Positions 1 through 11,127 of a stretch of 64,000 bases of DNA are shown here, in pieces. The translations under genes and the position numbers were made by a program. The notes beneath the pieces are model-generated. The model made no database searches and was not told the origin of the DNA. It saw nothing but the letters and a program-made list of their open reading frames with translations. Position 1 is the stretch's first letter; the number at the start of each line of letters is the position of its first letter. Origin of the DNA: Picochlorum sp. SENEW3 (Eukaryota); contig CP120463.1 of the NCBI GenBank assembly GCA_034226945.1, positions 248,001 to 312,000 on the forward strand, in the 5' to 3' direction.

Positions 1-53
1 GGACTGTGTACGGGCTATTTCGCATTATTTGTGTTTAAATCCACGTATTACGC

Positions 54-1219
54 ATGGATCAACATCAGCCGGGCAGTTCTGCTCGGCGACTCGTCAGGGA
101 TGGTTTTCAAAAACTGACTCTGCAGAGTAGAATTCTGGGACTTGTTTTGCTAACTGGATACGCATTGGTCTTTCTATCTCAAAATGTATTTCATAGTAGT
201 GCGGTTGTAGATAATCTCGGATTGGTCGCTGGTAGAACGATACCCTTCGGGTACAACGTGGTTACATATGCTTTTGTGGAGGACTCTTTCCTCTCGGTGC
301 GTTGTTGTTGTTGCTGTTGTTCTCCTTCTCATGATCTCGGTGCTGATGGTGGTCCTTATGCAGTTGTTATGGACGCTGCCGACAGCAGTCTTTATCGTCC
401 ACGCGCTGGACCCTATTCAAGGGTCCCAGGGAACAGGAAAGATTATTCTCGTGACAGTGGCAGCTTCAGGTATCCTCACATTCATCACCCTATCCATGAC
501 GTATTATATCCTTATTGTAAGCGGGATGGGCGATGGAGATGACGCGAGCATGCTCTACACCCCTCTCTGTGGATTCCAGGGTGCCATTTCTGGGCTGATT
601 GTTGCCCTCAAGCAGGCAATACCCGAGAGCGATGTGACATTGGCAACATCCATCAGATTCAAAATGAAATATGCACCATTAATATATATAGTAGGGGTAT
701 CGCTGGTATCGCTGGTGTCCGGTATGATGCTAAAATATGTGCCGTTTGTTGTCTTTGGATGGTATGCTGCATGGCTCTACCTGAGGCACTTTCACCGAAT
801 GCCTGACAGCGGGTTGTACGGAGACCCGTCTGATCAATTTAGATTCGCATCTTTTTTCCCAGAAAGGATGCAGCCTGCTGTGAACGTGATTGCATCCGCA
901 TGCTATGTGATGTTCAAGGTTGGCTTATGGGGCAGACCAAGACAGTCCGCATCAAACAAACCCATGGAAGAAACATCTTGGGGTTCTGAGAGTGCCGTTG
1001 ATGCTGCAAGGAGAAGGTATGTGATTCATTCAGTTTGTGCATGTATATTTACATAGTTGAATGCGAGGCATGCACCATGTATGCATGTATATAATCCTTG
1101 TATGAGTGTGTGTGTGTAGGGAACGAGGGATGAAGGCGCTCGAGGAACGATTGAATTTGAATTCCTCCGAAGATGCAATGGAGACTGGTGCTAATGCAAG
1201 GAATGATGAAGGCACTTGA
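54..1219 (+). CDS. Rhomboid-like protein 19 / TMEM115 (DUF1751) integral membrane protein; exons 54-296, 364-1016, 1120-1219
   Basis: Two track ORFs join in frame through GT-AG introns 297-363 and 1017-1119. The product has several TM segments, a GFQGAISGLIVALKQ motif, 'WLYLRHF..GDPSDQFRFASFFPE' and a C-terminal 'RRRERGMKALEERL', as in the family. Confidence 0.85.
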
Positions 1220-1423
1220 TGGAGATTCTGTCACATACTCACACATGTGTGTGTGGACAACAACAACAACAACAAGATTTGAATTTGAATTTTGAAATTG
1301 AATCTGACAATGAGACTGGTGCCAATGCAACGTGATGCATACAAAGACATGCGAATACGCATTCATTGTAATTTATAGATGGATATATAGCGATTGATAG
1401 TGACAATCGATGGCCGAGTGGCG

Positions 1424-2200
1424 ATGAATGGTAGTTTGGAACGTCACGAGACCGAGAGGTACTTGGATCCTTGGGACACCTTTGGATTCGTTCCTGATGA
1501 ATCTCGAATAGAAGTAAAATGGTTTATAGGCGCATCAGCAGAAACAGAGGTGGTACGGTGTTTGAATACTGCAAACAATGTCGAGTAGAAGATTCATCAT
1601 TTTTTCAAAGTTCAAAGAAGAATATATATACCTGCCATGGTGATATCTGTCATATATCCTTATTTTATTAATAGTAATATCAATGTATATTGTATGCAGT
1701 GGTGGAAAGCAACGGTGAAAAGGTGTTCAGCAACAGAGTTGGTAGGACCGGTCGTTGAGCTTGTGTATGATGCGTTGCCAGAGCATGGTTTTGAATCCCA
1801 AGAGGTGTGCAGAGCACGGTTTGTGAGTAAATGTGTTCTTGAGCATGTGGAGGATGGGATACAGGGGGAGATGGTGTGGAGATGCGAAGGAGATGATGAT
1901 GATGGTGATGAGCATGCACCTGCCTTGGATGTGATTCGTCACACGCTCTCTCGGGAGATTGAGAATCATCCAAGTCACGTGCAGCGTGTGCTGGCTGATA
2001 AGGTGACGATGGCGATCGATGCGTTTCGGTACGTGTCTGGAATCATGTCTGACTGGTGCATGAATGCACTCATCTTGTTATTGTGTGTGTCCAGGGATGA
2101 GATACTTAGGGAAGTATCAAATGACTCGAACGAAATTGATGATATTGGTGCACAGAATATATTACAGCGAGTGCGCCATCGTTTGGACTCTGACAGTTGA
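1424..2200 (+). CDS. Hypothetical protein (possible Tudor-like beta domain); exons 1424-1552, 1700-2028, 2095-2200
   Basis: GTACGG...TGCAG (1553-1699) and GTACGT...CCAG (2029-2094) introns keep frame. 'IEVKW..VWWKATV..VELVYD' pattern. No family recognised. Confidence 0.55.
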
Positions 2201-2562
2201 TCTTTTCTCATAGCAGTTGTAGTGCAGGCTGTGTTTTTTTTCTTCTTCATTTCTTCTCTCCTGAGAGACAAAGTACAAGGATATCATACTGCTCCTAGTA
2301 GTAGTAGTCATGAACTAATATGTGCCTGTACTTTGACAATTGATATCAATGAATACGACCGGTAGTACATCACAAGTAATACATAAATACAGTACAGCAC
2401 ATGTCTGTCTGGCCAGTGACAGCCTGTCATGAAGATGTTCGCCCTTGAACTTCCATTAGGATTTGAATTGCATAGAATTACTTAATAGTATTGTTACAGT
2501 GATGTTATAGCACTATAGGGGTAGTATGAGGATGCATTGATGAAAGAAGAGGGAGGATTGGC

Positions 2563-3654
2563 ATGGCTGACCTCGAGACCCGGTTGAGGTTGGTGCTGGA
2601 AGAGCTATCTCGGGATACGAGGGAATTTTCTATTGGAAATCATGTGTCTGTTGAGCATGGAGGTGTTGAACCGGTGGCTTTTTTGAGAGATTGTGTGGGA
2701 CTGTCCAAGCCAGTCTTGGTCCGCCAGGATGCCGGTGTGTTGGCATGGCCAGCGCATTCTCTGTGGTCGGATGACGAGTACATGGTATCGTACGTTGGTG
2801 ATGTGGAGGTGACGGTCGCATTGACTCCCGATGGGTTGGCTGACTGCCCTGTGACGGATGGGTTGTTTGCTCTTCCAAAGTACACCAGAATGCCTTTCAG
2901 GGAGTTTTGGCACCTCTTGAATGGTTGTATAGGCAAAGGGATTGTTCCATATTTGCAGCAGCAAAATAGTTCTTTGACAGAAGAGGTACCCGAGCTATTA
3001 CGTGATGTGCCTGGAGGGATTGCATGGGCAGAGAATTCATTTGGAAAAGAGCCTGAGGCTATCAATCTGTGGGTTGGTGGGCGTCCTTCGCGCACATCGT
3101 GGCATCAAGACCATTTTGAGAATATATATGTGGTTCTGCGTGGGAGTAAAACGGTTCGATTGCTTCCTCCTATTGATTCATTCAGAATGAAGTTGAAACG
3201 GTATGAACAGCAGTCATATGACTATGATGATGATGATGATGATGATGATTGGAAGCTCGTCTTGGTGCCTGCGCAAGGAAACACGACGATAAAAAAAGAA
3301 GATAACGATGACACTCGTAGCGAGAGGGTACACGAGGAAGAAGAAAAGCACACAGTGTTGTGGAGTTCTATTCTGCCTTGTTCCTGCCTGGAGGCACCTG
3401 GGACAAGGTCTCTTTGTTCAAGCTGCCTGGAGCTAGACAATACAGGAATGATGCCTCTCGAGGTTCGGGTAGATAAGGGGGATGTTTTATACATCCCAGC
3501 GTGCTGGTGGCATGAGATTCATCACACGTCTGATGATGTGACAATCGCAGTTAATTATTGGTATGATATGACTCATGACGTCAAATTTGCTTCCATGACA
3601 GCAGTAGACACATTATCAGAAATATTCCACATGAATGAGAGTCGACATGTATGA
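2563..3654 (+). CDS. JMJD7: JmjC domain-containing protein 7-like (cupin-8, 2OG/Fe oxygenase)
   Basis: VTVALTPDGLAD, YLQQQNSSL, PEAINLWVG, the HxD ligands in WHQDHFENIY, the distal His in YIPACWWHE, and TIAVNYWYDM. Confidence 0.9.
   Translation: MADLETRLRLVLEELSRDTREFSIGNHVSVEHGGVEPVAFLRDCVGLSKPVLVRQDAGVLAWPAHSLWSDDEYMVSYVGDVEVTVALTPDGLADCPVTDGLFALPKYTRMPFREFWHLLNGCIGKGIVPYLQQQNSSLTEEVPELLRDVPGGIAWAENSFGKEPEAINLWVGGRPSRTSWHQDHFENIYVVLRGSKTVRLLPPIDSFRMKLKRYEQQSYDYDDDDDDDDWKLVLVPAQGNTTIKKEDNDDTRSERVHEEEEKHTVLWSSILPCSCLEAPGTRSLCSSCLELDNTGMMPLEVRVDKGDVLYIPACWWHEIHHTSDDVTIAVNYWYDMTHDVKFASMTAVDTLSEIFHMNESRHV
3219..3249 (+). repeat. (GAT)n coding microsatellite encoding a poly-Asp tract in JMJD7
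   Basis: Direct reading: tatgactatgatgatgatgatgatgatgatgat. Confidence 0.85.
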
Positions 3655-4398
3655 CTATTTTCGCGCCATTTTCAACACTGGCTGCCGCGGGTCCTTTAAT
3701 GCTATAGTGACATGTGTGGGCACTTCCAGCGAGGTCCACAATACTTTATCATTCACGTCTAATTCACTAATATCTACTTCAAAAAACTGTGGAATATCAT
3801 ATCCTCGAACTAGACAGGGGACTGTCCTTCGAATCCAATTCACCCTCCCCCCTGCTCGAATCCCTGGAGACACCTCTTTTCCAAATGTTTTCAGAGGGAC
3901 ATTCACCTTTACAAGCCTATCTTCAGAAAGAGAAATCATCGTGACATTCTCTGGTTGACCTGTGGCAGCAGTTATATGAATCTGCCTCCCCAAGGCCCTG
4001 TAGACTTTTGGCTCATCCCCATGGAGAGCATGCACATCAAATACCTGGCATCCCCATCCATACGACCCAATCTTATTGTATAATGACGCTATTTCTTTCT
4101 TATCAAAGGATAAAAGAATCTTATCCTCAGGCATCGTGTCTCCTCCCAATGAAAATAGAGTTCCTGGTACCCTCCCAGACTCTCTCAACTTGGCTGCTGC
4201 TCTAGACCCTGACTCCTTCCTCACAGCGCCTTGTAACGCCATCACATTCCCTTCTCCCTGTAAGGATGCAGTACTAGTAGTAATTTGCATCGATTGCATA
4301 AAGTTTGTGCATATTTTCGATCCATCGTGCTGAATATCCCGAATCCATGGGCTGAGAAGTCCAGAGGCGTGCCTCCGCAGTAACGATGTGCTACCCAT
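3655..4398 (-). CDS. Organellar (probably mitochondrial) ribosomal protein L25/TL5/CTC family
   Basis: N-terminal transit-like peptide. 'RKESGSRAAAKLRESGRVPG' L25 domain, and TL5 C-domain 'VKVNVPL..G.EVSPGIRAGG..IPQFFEVDISELDVND'. Confidence 0.85.
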   Translation of the reverse strand: MGSTSLLRRHASGLLSPWIRDIQHDGSKICTNFMQSMQITTSTASLQGEGNVMALQGAVRKESGSRAAAKLRESGRVPGTLFSLGGDTMPEDKILLSFDKKEIASLYNKIGSYGWGCQVFDVHALHGDEPKVYRALGRQIHITAATGQPENVTMISLSEDRLVKVNVPLKTFGKEVSPGIRAGGRVNWIRRTVPCLVRGYDIPQFFEVDISELDVNDKVLWTSLEVPTHVTIALKDPRQPVLKMARK

Positions 4399-4600
4399 AT
4401 CTATACCCCTGTGTGTAATGTAATGAGTAAATTAATGTATTTTGGTTGGAATACTGCCACATTGGATAGCACAGCAAGATACGATCGCGCTACGCTCATA
4501 AAGTTCCGTAAATGCACATAATAAGTATACTTCTTGGAGGTATCATCCAAAGTCTCTGATCTCGGCATTGCTGAACATTATTCGTTACTTATAAACGAGT

Positions 4601-7465
4601 ATGAAGTTCGGTTTCATCTGTTCTGTTGTCCTTGTGTGGGGCATCGCTGCAGGGTTTGGACCGAGTGCTTCTTTTGTATTAGCAACTTCGACACAGAGCA
4701 TTCAGGGTTCATCTACTGGTGAAGAATATTCAAAAACATTACAGTCCTCTTGTGGAGCAGCATCATACCCAAAACAAGGGTCTGTGGATGATGCAGTGTC
4801 CTTTGACGGTCGTGTGCAAGATCTGTTCTGGGTTGGTGACTCGGATAATGGATCACGCACCGCCTTTGCTGTGACATACGCATCAAATGGATATCCCGGT
4901 GGTCCTGTATGGCGAGGAGATGCGACGAAGGGCCAGGCTGGGACGTGGGAAGATGTGACTGAAGAATTGAAGCATTCCATTGAGGGTGATTATGAGGATG
5001 ATGATTTGGGGGTGTTTGCAGTGCATCAAAGTCCTGTGAATGCTAATACTGTGTTTCTTCAAGGTAATGGAAGATGGCATTGGACGTCGGAAGATGGGGG
5101 TGAGACATTGAAGGCTGTCAAGTCTCCAGGATTGCTGACAAAGGGGAATAGGGAGGTTGTCAAGTTTCACCCAAACAAAGAATCATGGCTTCTTCTAAGG
5201 ACGACACGTGCCGAGTGCGATAAAGATCTGGAATCATCTGCGTGCTTGTTTGATTTGCTTGTTTCGAAGGATCTTGGACAGTCATGGAAGAACCTGACAG
5301 AACACTCTGGTGGCCATCTGCGTGGTGTGCGTGATTTTGATTGGGGAGCCAAATTATCTCGGTTCAATGGCAGGGTGACGCGGGATGAGGATGTATTTGT
5401 GACAGCATATCCTGGGACGTCCGCGAGGAAAGGAATGAGTCCTGGATGGGATGATGCACTGCAGTTTTTCTTCTCTGATGATTTGTTTCAGTCATCTCCA
5501 AAAGTCATGGTGCAGTGCGGTAATCTGTTCGAAATCATCTCGGATAGATTCTTTCTTGCCATACCATCTCAATGCCCTGTGGATCCTCAGGGAAATCCAA
5601 GAAAAGCTGGTACCTCTGCCATTGAGAATAGATCAGTGACCATGTATGTCTCAGTGCATGGGGGTGATTTTGTAGAAGCGTGCCTTCCGGCGAATATCGA
5701 AGATGATGGATATAATTTGATTCATACACATGAAGAAGAGGGTGTATTTGTCTTGGCAGACCATGCAGAGCCAGGATCCATGGGTCCAAAGTTGGACTCC
5801 CCAACATCAGATGCATATGCACCAGCTTACAATGCATCTCTGCACACACTTTCCCTTGGTATGGTATATCGTCGATCCTATGTTACAGATTTTGCTCGAG
5901 TGGAAGGTATACCGGGGTCCTTTATCGCAAATCAAGCGCAATTAACGGCTGGATCGCGGTCTGGATACGTTTTGAAGACAAAACTGACTGTTAATGGAGG
6001 CGCCCAATGGGACTACATCAAGCCTCCACAATCGTTTCGATTTAGCCAGTGCAATACATGCACCCCGGGATCATCATTAGATTCTTGTTCATTGCATCTC
6101 CATGGTGCAACATCCTGGTTTGCTCCGGAAGGGCCACATCCGAATGTGTATTCACTGCCAGAAGCGCCTGGAATTCTGTTGGCGACAGGCAATGTGGGTG
6201 CCTATCTCGATTTTCACCCAGACGCAGATTGCACCTATATGTCCCGGGACGGCGGAATAACATGGACAGACATCGCTGATTATACGGCAATTTTTGAGAT
6301 GAGCAGTTCAGGGGGAACCATTGTGATGGCATCGCATCGATCTGAGGGTCCAACCAATGAGGTTGCATTTTCATTAGACCACGGGCACTGTTTCCATACC
6401 ATTACGCTACCTCAGTCAGTATTAGTCGAAAATATCCGGGTTGCTCCAGGAGGCTCCTCGAATATCTTCTATGTGATTGGAACTGCTTGTGTCAAATCCT
6501 CAGCGCACCCCGATTGCACATTTGATGGGGGATCATATGCACCAGGACTGATGTTTGTTGTCAATCTACCAGAGTTGGTGGGAGATGATTGGAAAGAATG
6601 TAGCACTGATAAAGACTCGAAAGACTATGAAACATGGCAGATTGGCGATGATTGTGTCCTGGGAGCCAAGAGGCACATGAGAAGGAGAACACAAGACACT
6701 TTTTGTGCAAATCCACCATCATGGAAGCCAACCATACAGCATGACGAGAGCTGCCAATGCACTCTAGGAGATGTAGAGTGCGAGTTTGGATACGAAAGGG
6801 TATCCAATGATACATGTGCGCCGATGAAGGGTGTCACAATCAAAGATTCTTGCCCGGTACGTCTCTTTCCATTGCTGTCTTTCCACGTGTATTTTTTCAA
6901 ACATCCTCGAGGCAGTAGAGCGTGTACTACGATTATTATCTCACATATATTACTGTTGCAGAGATTACTGACGGGATCGTACAAATCCAGCACCTCACAC
7001 ATGCGCCTTGTCCACAACAATATTTGCACAGGAATTAATGCCATCATCCCAGACACAAATGGCAAAGGTGGCCCCAAAGGATCCACGACACCTGGCGATG
7101 ACAGCTCCGGCTCGTCGTCGAAACATACAAGCTTTATTCGATCCTTCTTCATCTTCATCATCATTGTCGGTGGAATTTCAATAGCTGCCGGCATCACATG
7201 GAGCCAATGTCTCACAGTTGATCAACAGCAGGCTCTGCTGGAAAAGCTTGGCCCAGTCATTGCCATACTCGGTGCAGGGTTTGAACTCATTCTAGGAGCT
7301 ATAGTAGAAGCGTACGACTGGATTCGTGCCAAACTGAGAAGATTACCCTTTGTTGGAGACCAAGGAGACAGAGATGATGCGAGAATGTACTATGAATCCC
7401 TCTCTGGATCTGGTGGTCTGGACATGGATCCAGAAGATCAGTCATCACCCCATCCTATTCGATAA
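4601..7465 (+). CDS. VPS10-domain (sortilin-like) sorting receptor; probable in-frame intron 6857-6961
   Basis: Signal peptide; Asp-box repeats (SEDGGET, SKDLGQSW, SRDGGITW, SLDHGHCF); 'CSLHLHG'; 'APGILLATGNVG'; Cys-rich 10CC module (C.C...D.ECEFGY); TM segment; cytosolic YESL motif. Confidence 0.9.
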   Translation: MKFGFICSVVLVWGIAAGFGPSASFVLATSTQSIQGSSTGEEYSKTLQSSCGAASYPKQGSVDDAVSFDGRVQDLFWVGDSDNGSRTAFAVTYASNGYPGGPVWRGDATKGQAGTWEDVTEELKHSIEGDYEDDDLGVFAVHQSPVNANTVFLQGNGRWHWTSEDGGETLKAVKSPGLLTKGNREVVKFHPNKESWLLLRTTRAECDKDLESSACLFDLLVSKDLGQSWKNLTEHSGGHLRGVRDFDWGAKLSRFNGRVTRDEDVFVTAYPGTSARKGMSPGWDDALQFFFSDDLFQSSPKVMVQCGNLFEIISDRFFLAIPSQCPVDPQGNPRKAGTSAIENRSVTMYVSVHGGDFVEACLPANIEDDGYNLIHTHEEEGVFVLADHAEPGSMGPKLDSPTSDAYAPAYNASLHTLSLGMVYRRSYVTDFARVEGIPGSFIANQAQLTAGSRSGYVLKTKLTVNGGAQWDYIKPPQSFRFSQCNTCTPGSSLDSCSLHLHGATSWFAPEGPHPNVYSLPEAPGILLATGNVGAYLDFHPDADCTYMSRDGGITWTDIADYTAIFEMSSSGGTIVMASHRSEGPTNEVAFSLDHGHCFHTITLPQSVLVENIRVAPGGSSNIFYVIGTACVKSSAHPDCTFDGGSYAPGLMFVVNLPELVGDDWKECSTDKDSKDYETWQIGDDCVLGAKRHMRRRTQDTFCANPPSWKPTIQHDESCQCTLGDVECEFGYERVSNDTCAPMKGVTIKDSCPVRLFPLLSFHVYFFKHPRGSRACTTIIISHILLLQRLLTGSYKSSTSHMRLVHNNICTGINAIIPDTNGKGGPKGSTTPGDDSSGSSSKHTSFIRSFFIFIIIVGGISIAAGITWSQCLTVDQQQALLEKLGPVIAILGAGFELILGAIVEAYDWIRAKLRRLPFVGDQGDRDDARMYYESLSGSGGLDMDPEDQSSPHPIR

Positions 7466-7533
7466 TTCACATAGTAGCGGTGTAACCTATTCGAAATCAC
7501 ACTATTTAATTTCATATATAAGCTGAAAGAACA

Positions 7534-8445
7534 ATGCAGGTCTCTCGACTACGAACTCGCTCCAAGATCACATGTCAGTCAATATGTGGTCGTCAGCTGC
7601 CAATCCACCCACGTGGACCTTGGCATTCTCAGTACAGGCGCCCATTAACCCAGCATTCTCATATTCAAAATAAACCCATTAAAGTACGCGCAGCTGCAGA
7701 CGAAGAAGACAGCGTGAAGGCGCTTCCAAGCGCAGACTCGCGCTTTGGTTCCTACAGCCAGGTGCTCGTCACAGGAGCGACAGGCAAGACTGGAGCGCGT
7801 GTAGTTCAGCAACTGAGTGATATGGGTGTCAGTGTTAAAGCATTTTCTCGAGACGGAGTGAAAGCGAGTGGTATGCTGCCAGGAATTCAGCAAGGTGTCA
7901 GCATTCAGGAGGGTGATGTGTTCAACTATGAGCAGGTCTCCAGAGCCATGGAGGGATGTGATGCTGTCATCATCTGTTCCGGTCCAACATCGAGAATGGA
8001 CCCTCTCAGTCCATTTAAAGTGGACTTCCAAGGAGTTGAGAATATAGTCGCCGCCGCGAAGCAGGGCAATGTGAAGAAGATTGTCATGGTCAGCAGCATT
8101 GGAGCTGATGACCCTCTTTTTCCTTTAAACCTCTTTGGTCTGGTTCTTGTCATGAAGAAATTCGGTGAGTTGGCAGTCCAACGCTCCGGGATCGATTATA
8201 CAATCATTCGACCAGGTGGACTCTTGAACAAAGACGAGGATGGTAAAAACCCAGTGGTTGCCCCAGCAGATACCTATGGCCTACCACCCCGGAAGCGCCC
8301 TGGCTCAATTCTCAGATCCAAGGTCGCCGAGGGATGTATCGCTGCCCTTGTAGAACCAGAAGCCACAAATAAGACATTGGAAGTGATTTCTATCAAAGAC
8401 GCACCATCCCGCCCATGGAAGGAGCTCTTTGCCACCATACCTTGA
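7534..8445 (+). CDS. Plastid NAD(P)-binding Rossmann-fold protein (atypical SDR, TIC62/At2g34460-like)
   Basis: Transit peptide, VLVTGATGKTG, VDFQGVENIV, VSSIGA, YTIIRPGGL. Confidence 0.85.
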   Translation: MQVSRLRTRSKITCQSICGRQLPIHPRGPWHSQYRRPLTQHSHIQNKPIKVRAAADEEDSVKALPSADSRFGSYSQVLVTGATGKTGARVVQQLSDMGVSVKAFSRDGVKASGMLPGIQQGVSIQEGDVFNYEQVSRAMEGCDAVIICSGPTSRMDPLSPFKVDFQGVENIVAAAKQGNVKKIVMVSSIGADDPLFPLNLFGLVLVMKKFGELAVQRSGIDYTIIRPGGLLNKDEDGKNPVVAPADTYGLPPRKRPGSILRSKVAEGCIAALVEPEATNKTLEVISIKDAPSRPWKELFATIP

Positions 8446-8594
8446 ATTGACCAATGCTGCAAATACACCTGCCACGTCATCTTTTTTGACAGGGTCGATT
8501 TTTCCAAAACAACTTTGATTCGATATGCTGATTTCATGTTATTATTATTATTGATACATGTATTCGTGATATAAATTAATGAAAAAATTATGCC

Positions 8595-9677
8595 ATGCGG
8601 TCTGTTGTCGTGCATACATGTAGAAGGTTTAGAGCACACACGCTCTTTTGCACTCGTGCAGCTTGGTATGCAACCCACCAGGATGGCATTGTGTACCCAA
8701 ATGAGCGTATTTCTCACCATCATCATGACGATACAAAACATCATGCTGCATTAAAGGCAAAATCGACCCATGAGAAAGGGTCTGAAACGACTCTTTCAAT
8801 GTTGGTTCATTTCCGTTCACAATTTCCGCATTCCATGTGGAAAACCATTGCAGGTCTCGTTCAGAACAATCATAATGGTGATGTGAACAATTCATATAAC
8901 AGTCAGGTTCATTGCGTGGATATTGTGGTAGGGTCAGAAGGAAGGGCTGGTGTCGAACTGGCCAAGGTGGCGAATTTTAGAGTCACGTCAATCGAGGCAG
9001 ACGTCAGTTCTATGAACAGAACCTTTTCATACGCAGCCAAGAGGGATGCACAGATCGAGCTGGTGCCAGCATCTGTGGAAGAATCTGTGATCGATAGTGA
9101 TTCTACTGATGTCGTGACCATCTTTCATGGGTTGCATCTGTTGAATATTCCTGAAGCACTGAAAGAGATGCATCGCATTCTCAAGCCAAACAAGTACCTT
9201 GTGGTGGCTTGGAATGACCGGGATTTGTCATCTCCTCTCGTGCAGGATCTGGAGGAACGTTTGGAGAAGAATATTTTGAATTATAATAGGTATCAGAAGC
9301 AGCATGCTGTGGATGAATGGAGTTATATATTAGAAGAGGGAGGGCTGTTCAAGATGGTTGGGTATTTTGTCAAACCAAACCCAATGATGCTTCCTTCCAC
9401 GAATGCATTCTTAGATTTGATAGATTCAATGTCTTTTGTTCGTTCACAGGTGCATGGTGGTGCTCGTAAGCGTCTTCATGAGGATCTGTTGGCCTGTTTA
9501 TACCGACATGGGATTGGCGAGGATGGCGGTCTTGAAGAGAAGAAGAGGAAGAGGAATAAGAAGAAGGCAATGTCGTTTGAGGTTCCAATCGAATCCAAGT
9601 GTTTTATTCTTCGGAAGAATGATCATCACGAGTCGGATGAGCATGACCATCGTCATAAAACTATATTTTCAATTTGA
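8595..9677 (+). CDS. Class I SAM-dependent methyltransferase-like protein (type 11)
   Basis: Degenerate motif I (VDIVVGSEG), 'DSTDVVTIFHGLHL', 'ALKEMHRILKPNKYLVVAWNDRD'. Confidence 0.7.
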   Translation: MRSVVVHTCRRFRAHTLFCTRAAWYATHQDGIVYPNERISHHHHDDTKHHAALKAKSTHEKGSETTLSMLVHFRSQFPHSMWKTIAGLVQNNHNGDVNNSYNSQVHCVDIVVGSEGRAGVELAKVANFRVTSIEADVSSMNRTFSYAAKRDAQIELVPASVEESVIDSDSTDVVTIFHGLHLLNIPEALKEMHRILKPNKYLVVAWNDRDLSSPLVQDLEERLEKNILNYNRYQKQHAVDEWSYILEEGGLFKMVGYFVKPNPMMLPSTNAFLDLIDSMSFVRSQVHGGARKRLHEDLLACLYRHGIGEDGGLEEKKRKRNKKKAMSFEVPIESKCFILRKNDHHESDEHDHRHKTIFSI

Positions 9678-9875
9678 TCAATCAAGTAGAAAATCTTTAT
9701 AGTAAGTGGTGTACACTAGCCCATACATACTAGTATATGAGCTACCTCCGCTCGGTATAAATATATGAGATTCGCACCCATGTGTTACTCTCTAGAGAGA
9801 TCTAGATCTGTCAACACGGCAGCAAATATAAACAACTGAGGTTGTCGAATGTAATAAATTTTGAATACGTACGAC

Positions 9876-10805
9876 ATGTGCGGAAGAGTGCGCTGTGCCT
9901 TGCAACCTGAACGAATTAGAAACTATGTTGAACAACATTGCATTAATAATAGCAACAACCAGTCTGTGCGACTGGAGGAGGAGGCATTTCGCATGACATT
10001 TACCCCTTCGTATAATATTGGACCTGGTGGGACATATCGACTCCCTGTTGCCATGACATCTGCTTCTCCCAAACATGATTCTGCTGATGAGGGCGATTCG
10101 ATCGATCAAGGGCAAGAGGTGGTGGTTGCGCCACTGGTATGGGGTCTGGTGCCTTCGTTTCAGAAAGGCAAGCCAGATTTCTTCAAAATGTTCAACTGTA
10201 GAAGCGAAACAATGTGTGAGAAGCCATCGTTTCGGAGATTGGTTTCCAGGAATCGATGCATTGTGTTTACAGAAGGGTTTTATGAGTGGAAACATACTAC
10301 CTCGCTTGGCAAGGAGACCAAGCAGCCCTATTTCATACATTTCAAGGATGCCTCTGGGGATGTATCCATCATGCCCATGGCTGGGCTGTATGATTGTTGG
10401 AAGGATGCAGATGGGAATGTTTTGAGGACGTGTACAATTGTGACTACTCCAAGCAATAAGGAGTTGACCTGGTTGCATGATAGAATGCCTTTGATTCTGT
10501 CTTCAGACGCGGCACAGCGTGATTGGTTAAATCCAAATAAACATGGTATAACAAAAGGTGATATTGAGCCATACCATGGAGAGATGCGATTGGAATGGTA
10601 TCCTGTGACGCCCAAGATGGGGCGGGTGACATGCCAGGGGCCAGTTTGTAGTGAAAAGCTCAAGAACACGCAAACGACGCTGTTTTCATCTCTATTTTCT
10701 GCAAAGAATACGAAACAGAAAGCAGTGAAAAAGGAAAATAGTAATGGAGAGGAAGCTGAACCATCCTTGAAGCGAATCAAAAAGGAGGAGGAGGAGCATG
10801 ATTAG
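9876..10805 (+). CDS. HMCES: SRAP-domain abasic-site processing protein (HMCES/YedK family)
   Basis: True start is MCGR (ATG at 9876), giving the catalytic Cys2. Also PSYNIGP, WGLVP, FNCRSET, GFYEWK, KQPYFI, WLHDRMP. Confidence 0.95.
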   Translation: MCGRVRCALQPERIRNYVEQHCINNSNNQSVRLEEEAFRMTFTPSYNIGPGGTYRLPVAMTSASPKHDSADEGDSIDQGQEVVVAPLVWGLVPSFQKGKPDFFKMFNCRSETMCEKPSFRRLVSRNRCIVFTEGFYEWKHTTSLGKETKQPYFIHFKDASGDVSIMPMAGLYDCWKDADGNVLRTCTIVTTPSNKELTWLHDRMPLILSSDAAQRDWLNPNKHGITKGDIEPYHGEMRLEWYPVTPKMGRVTCQGPVCSEKLKNTQTTLFSSLFSAKNTKQKAVKKENSNGEEAEPSLKRIKKEEEEHD

Positions 10806-11127
10806 GAGGAAGAAGAAAAGAATGATTGAAAACTAAAGTCATCTGACTTGATCCCCCAAGTATCTGTAGCATGTATCAGTCACAATATCATACGCATGAT
10901 CTTGTAGGATACCAATGGACTCTCTGTCTGGATACATGATGGAATACCGTGGTGAGTATCAGGAATCCCCACAGCCCCTTTCTGATGACCCAATTGGGCC
11001 CCATTGCACGAGTGCAAGATCGAAAATTCAAAAAGATTCCTGAACCTGGTGTATCCGATTTCACAGATGAATATTTTTTAAATAAAAATAAATAATTACA
11101 GTAAAGACGTATCAAATAATTGATGCC

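Noticed and set aside
7465..7534. Short same-strand gaps VPS10-SDR (68 nt) and adhE-next gene (85 nt) as bicistronic candidates
   Set aside because: Both gaps contain a TGTAA poly(A) signal, consistent with separate transcripts.
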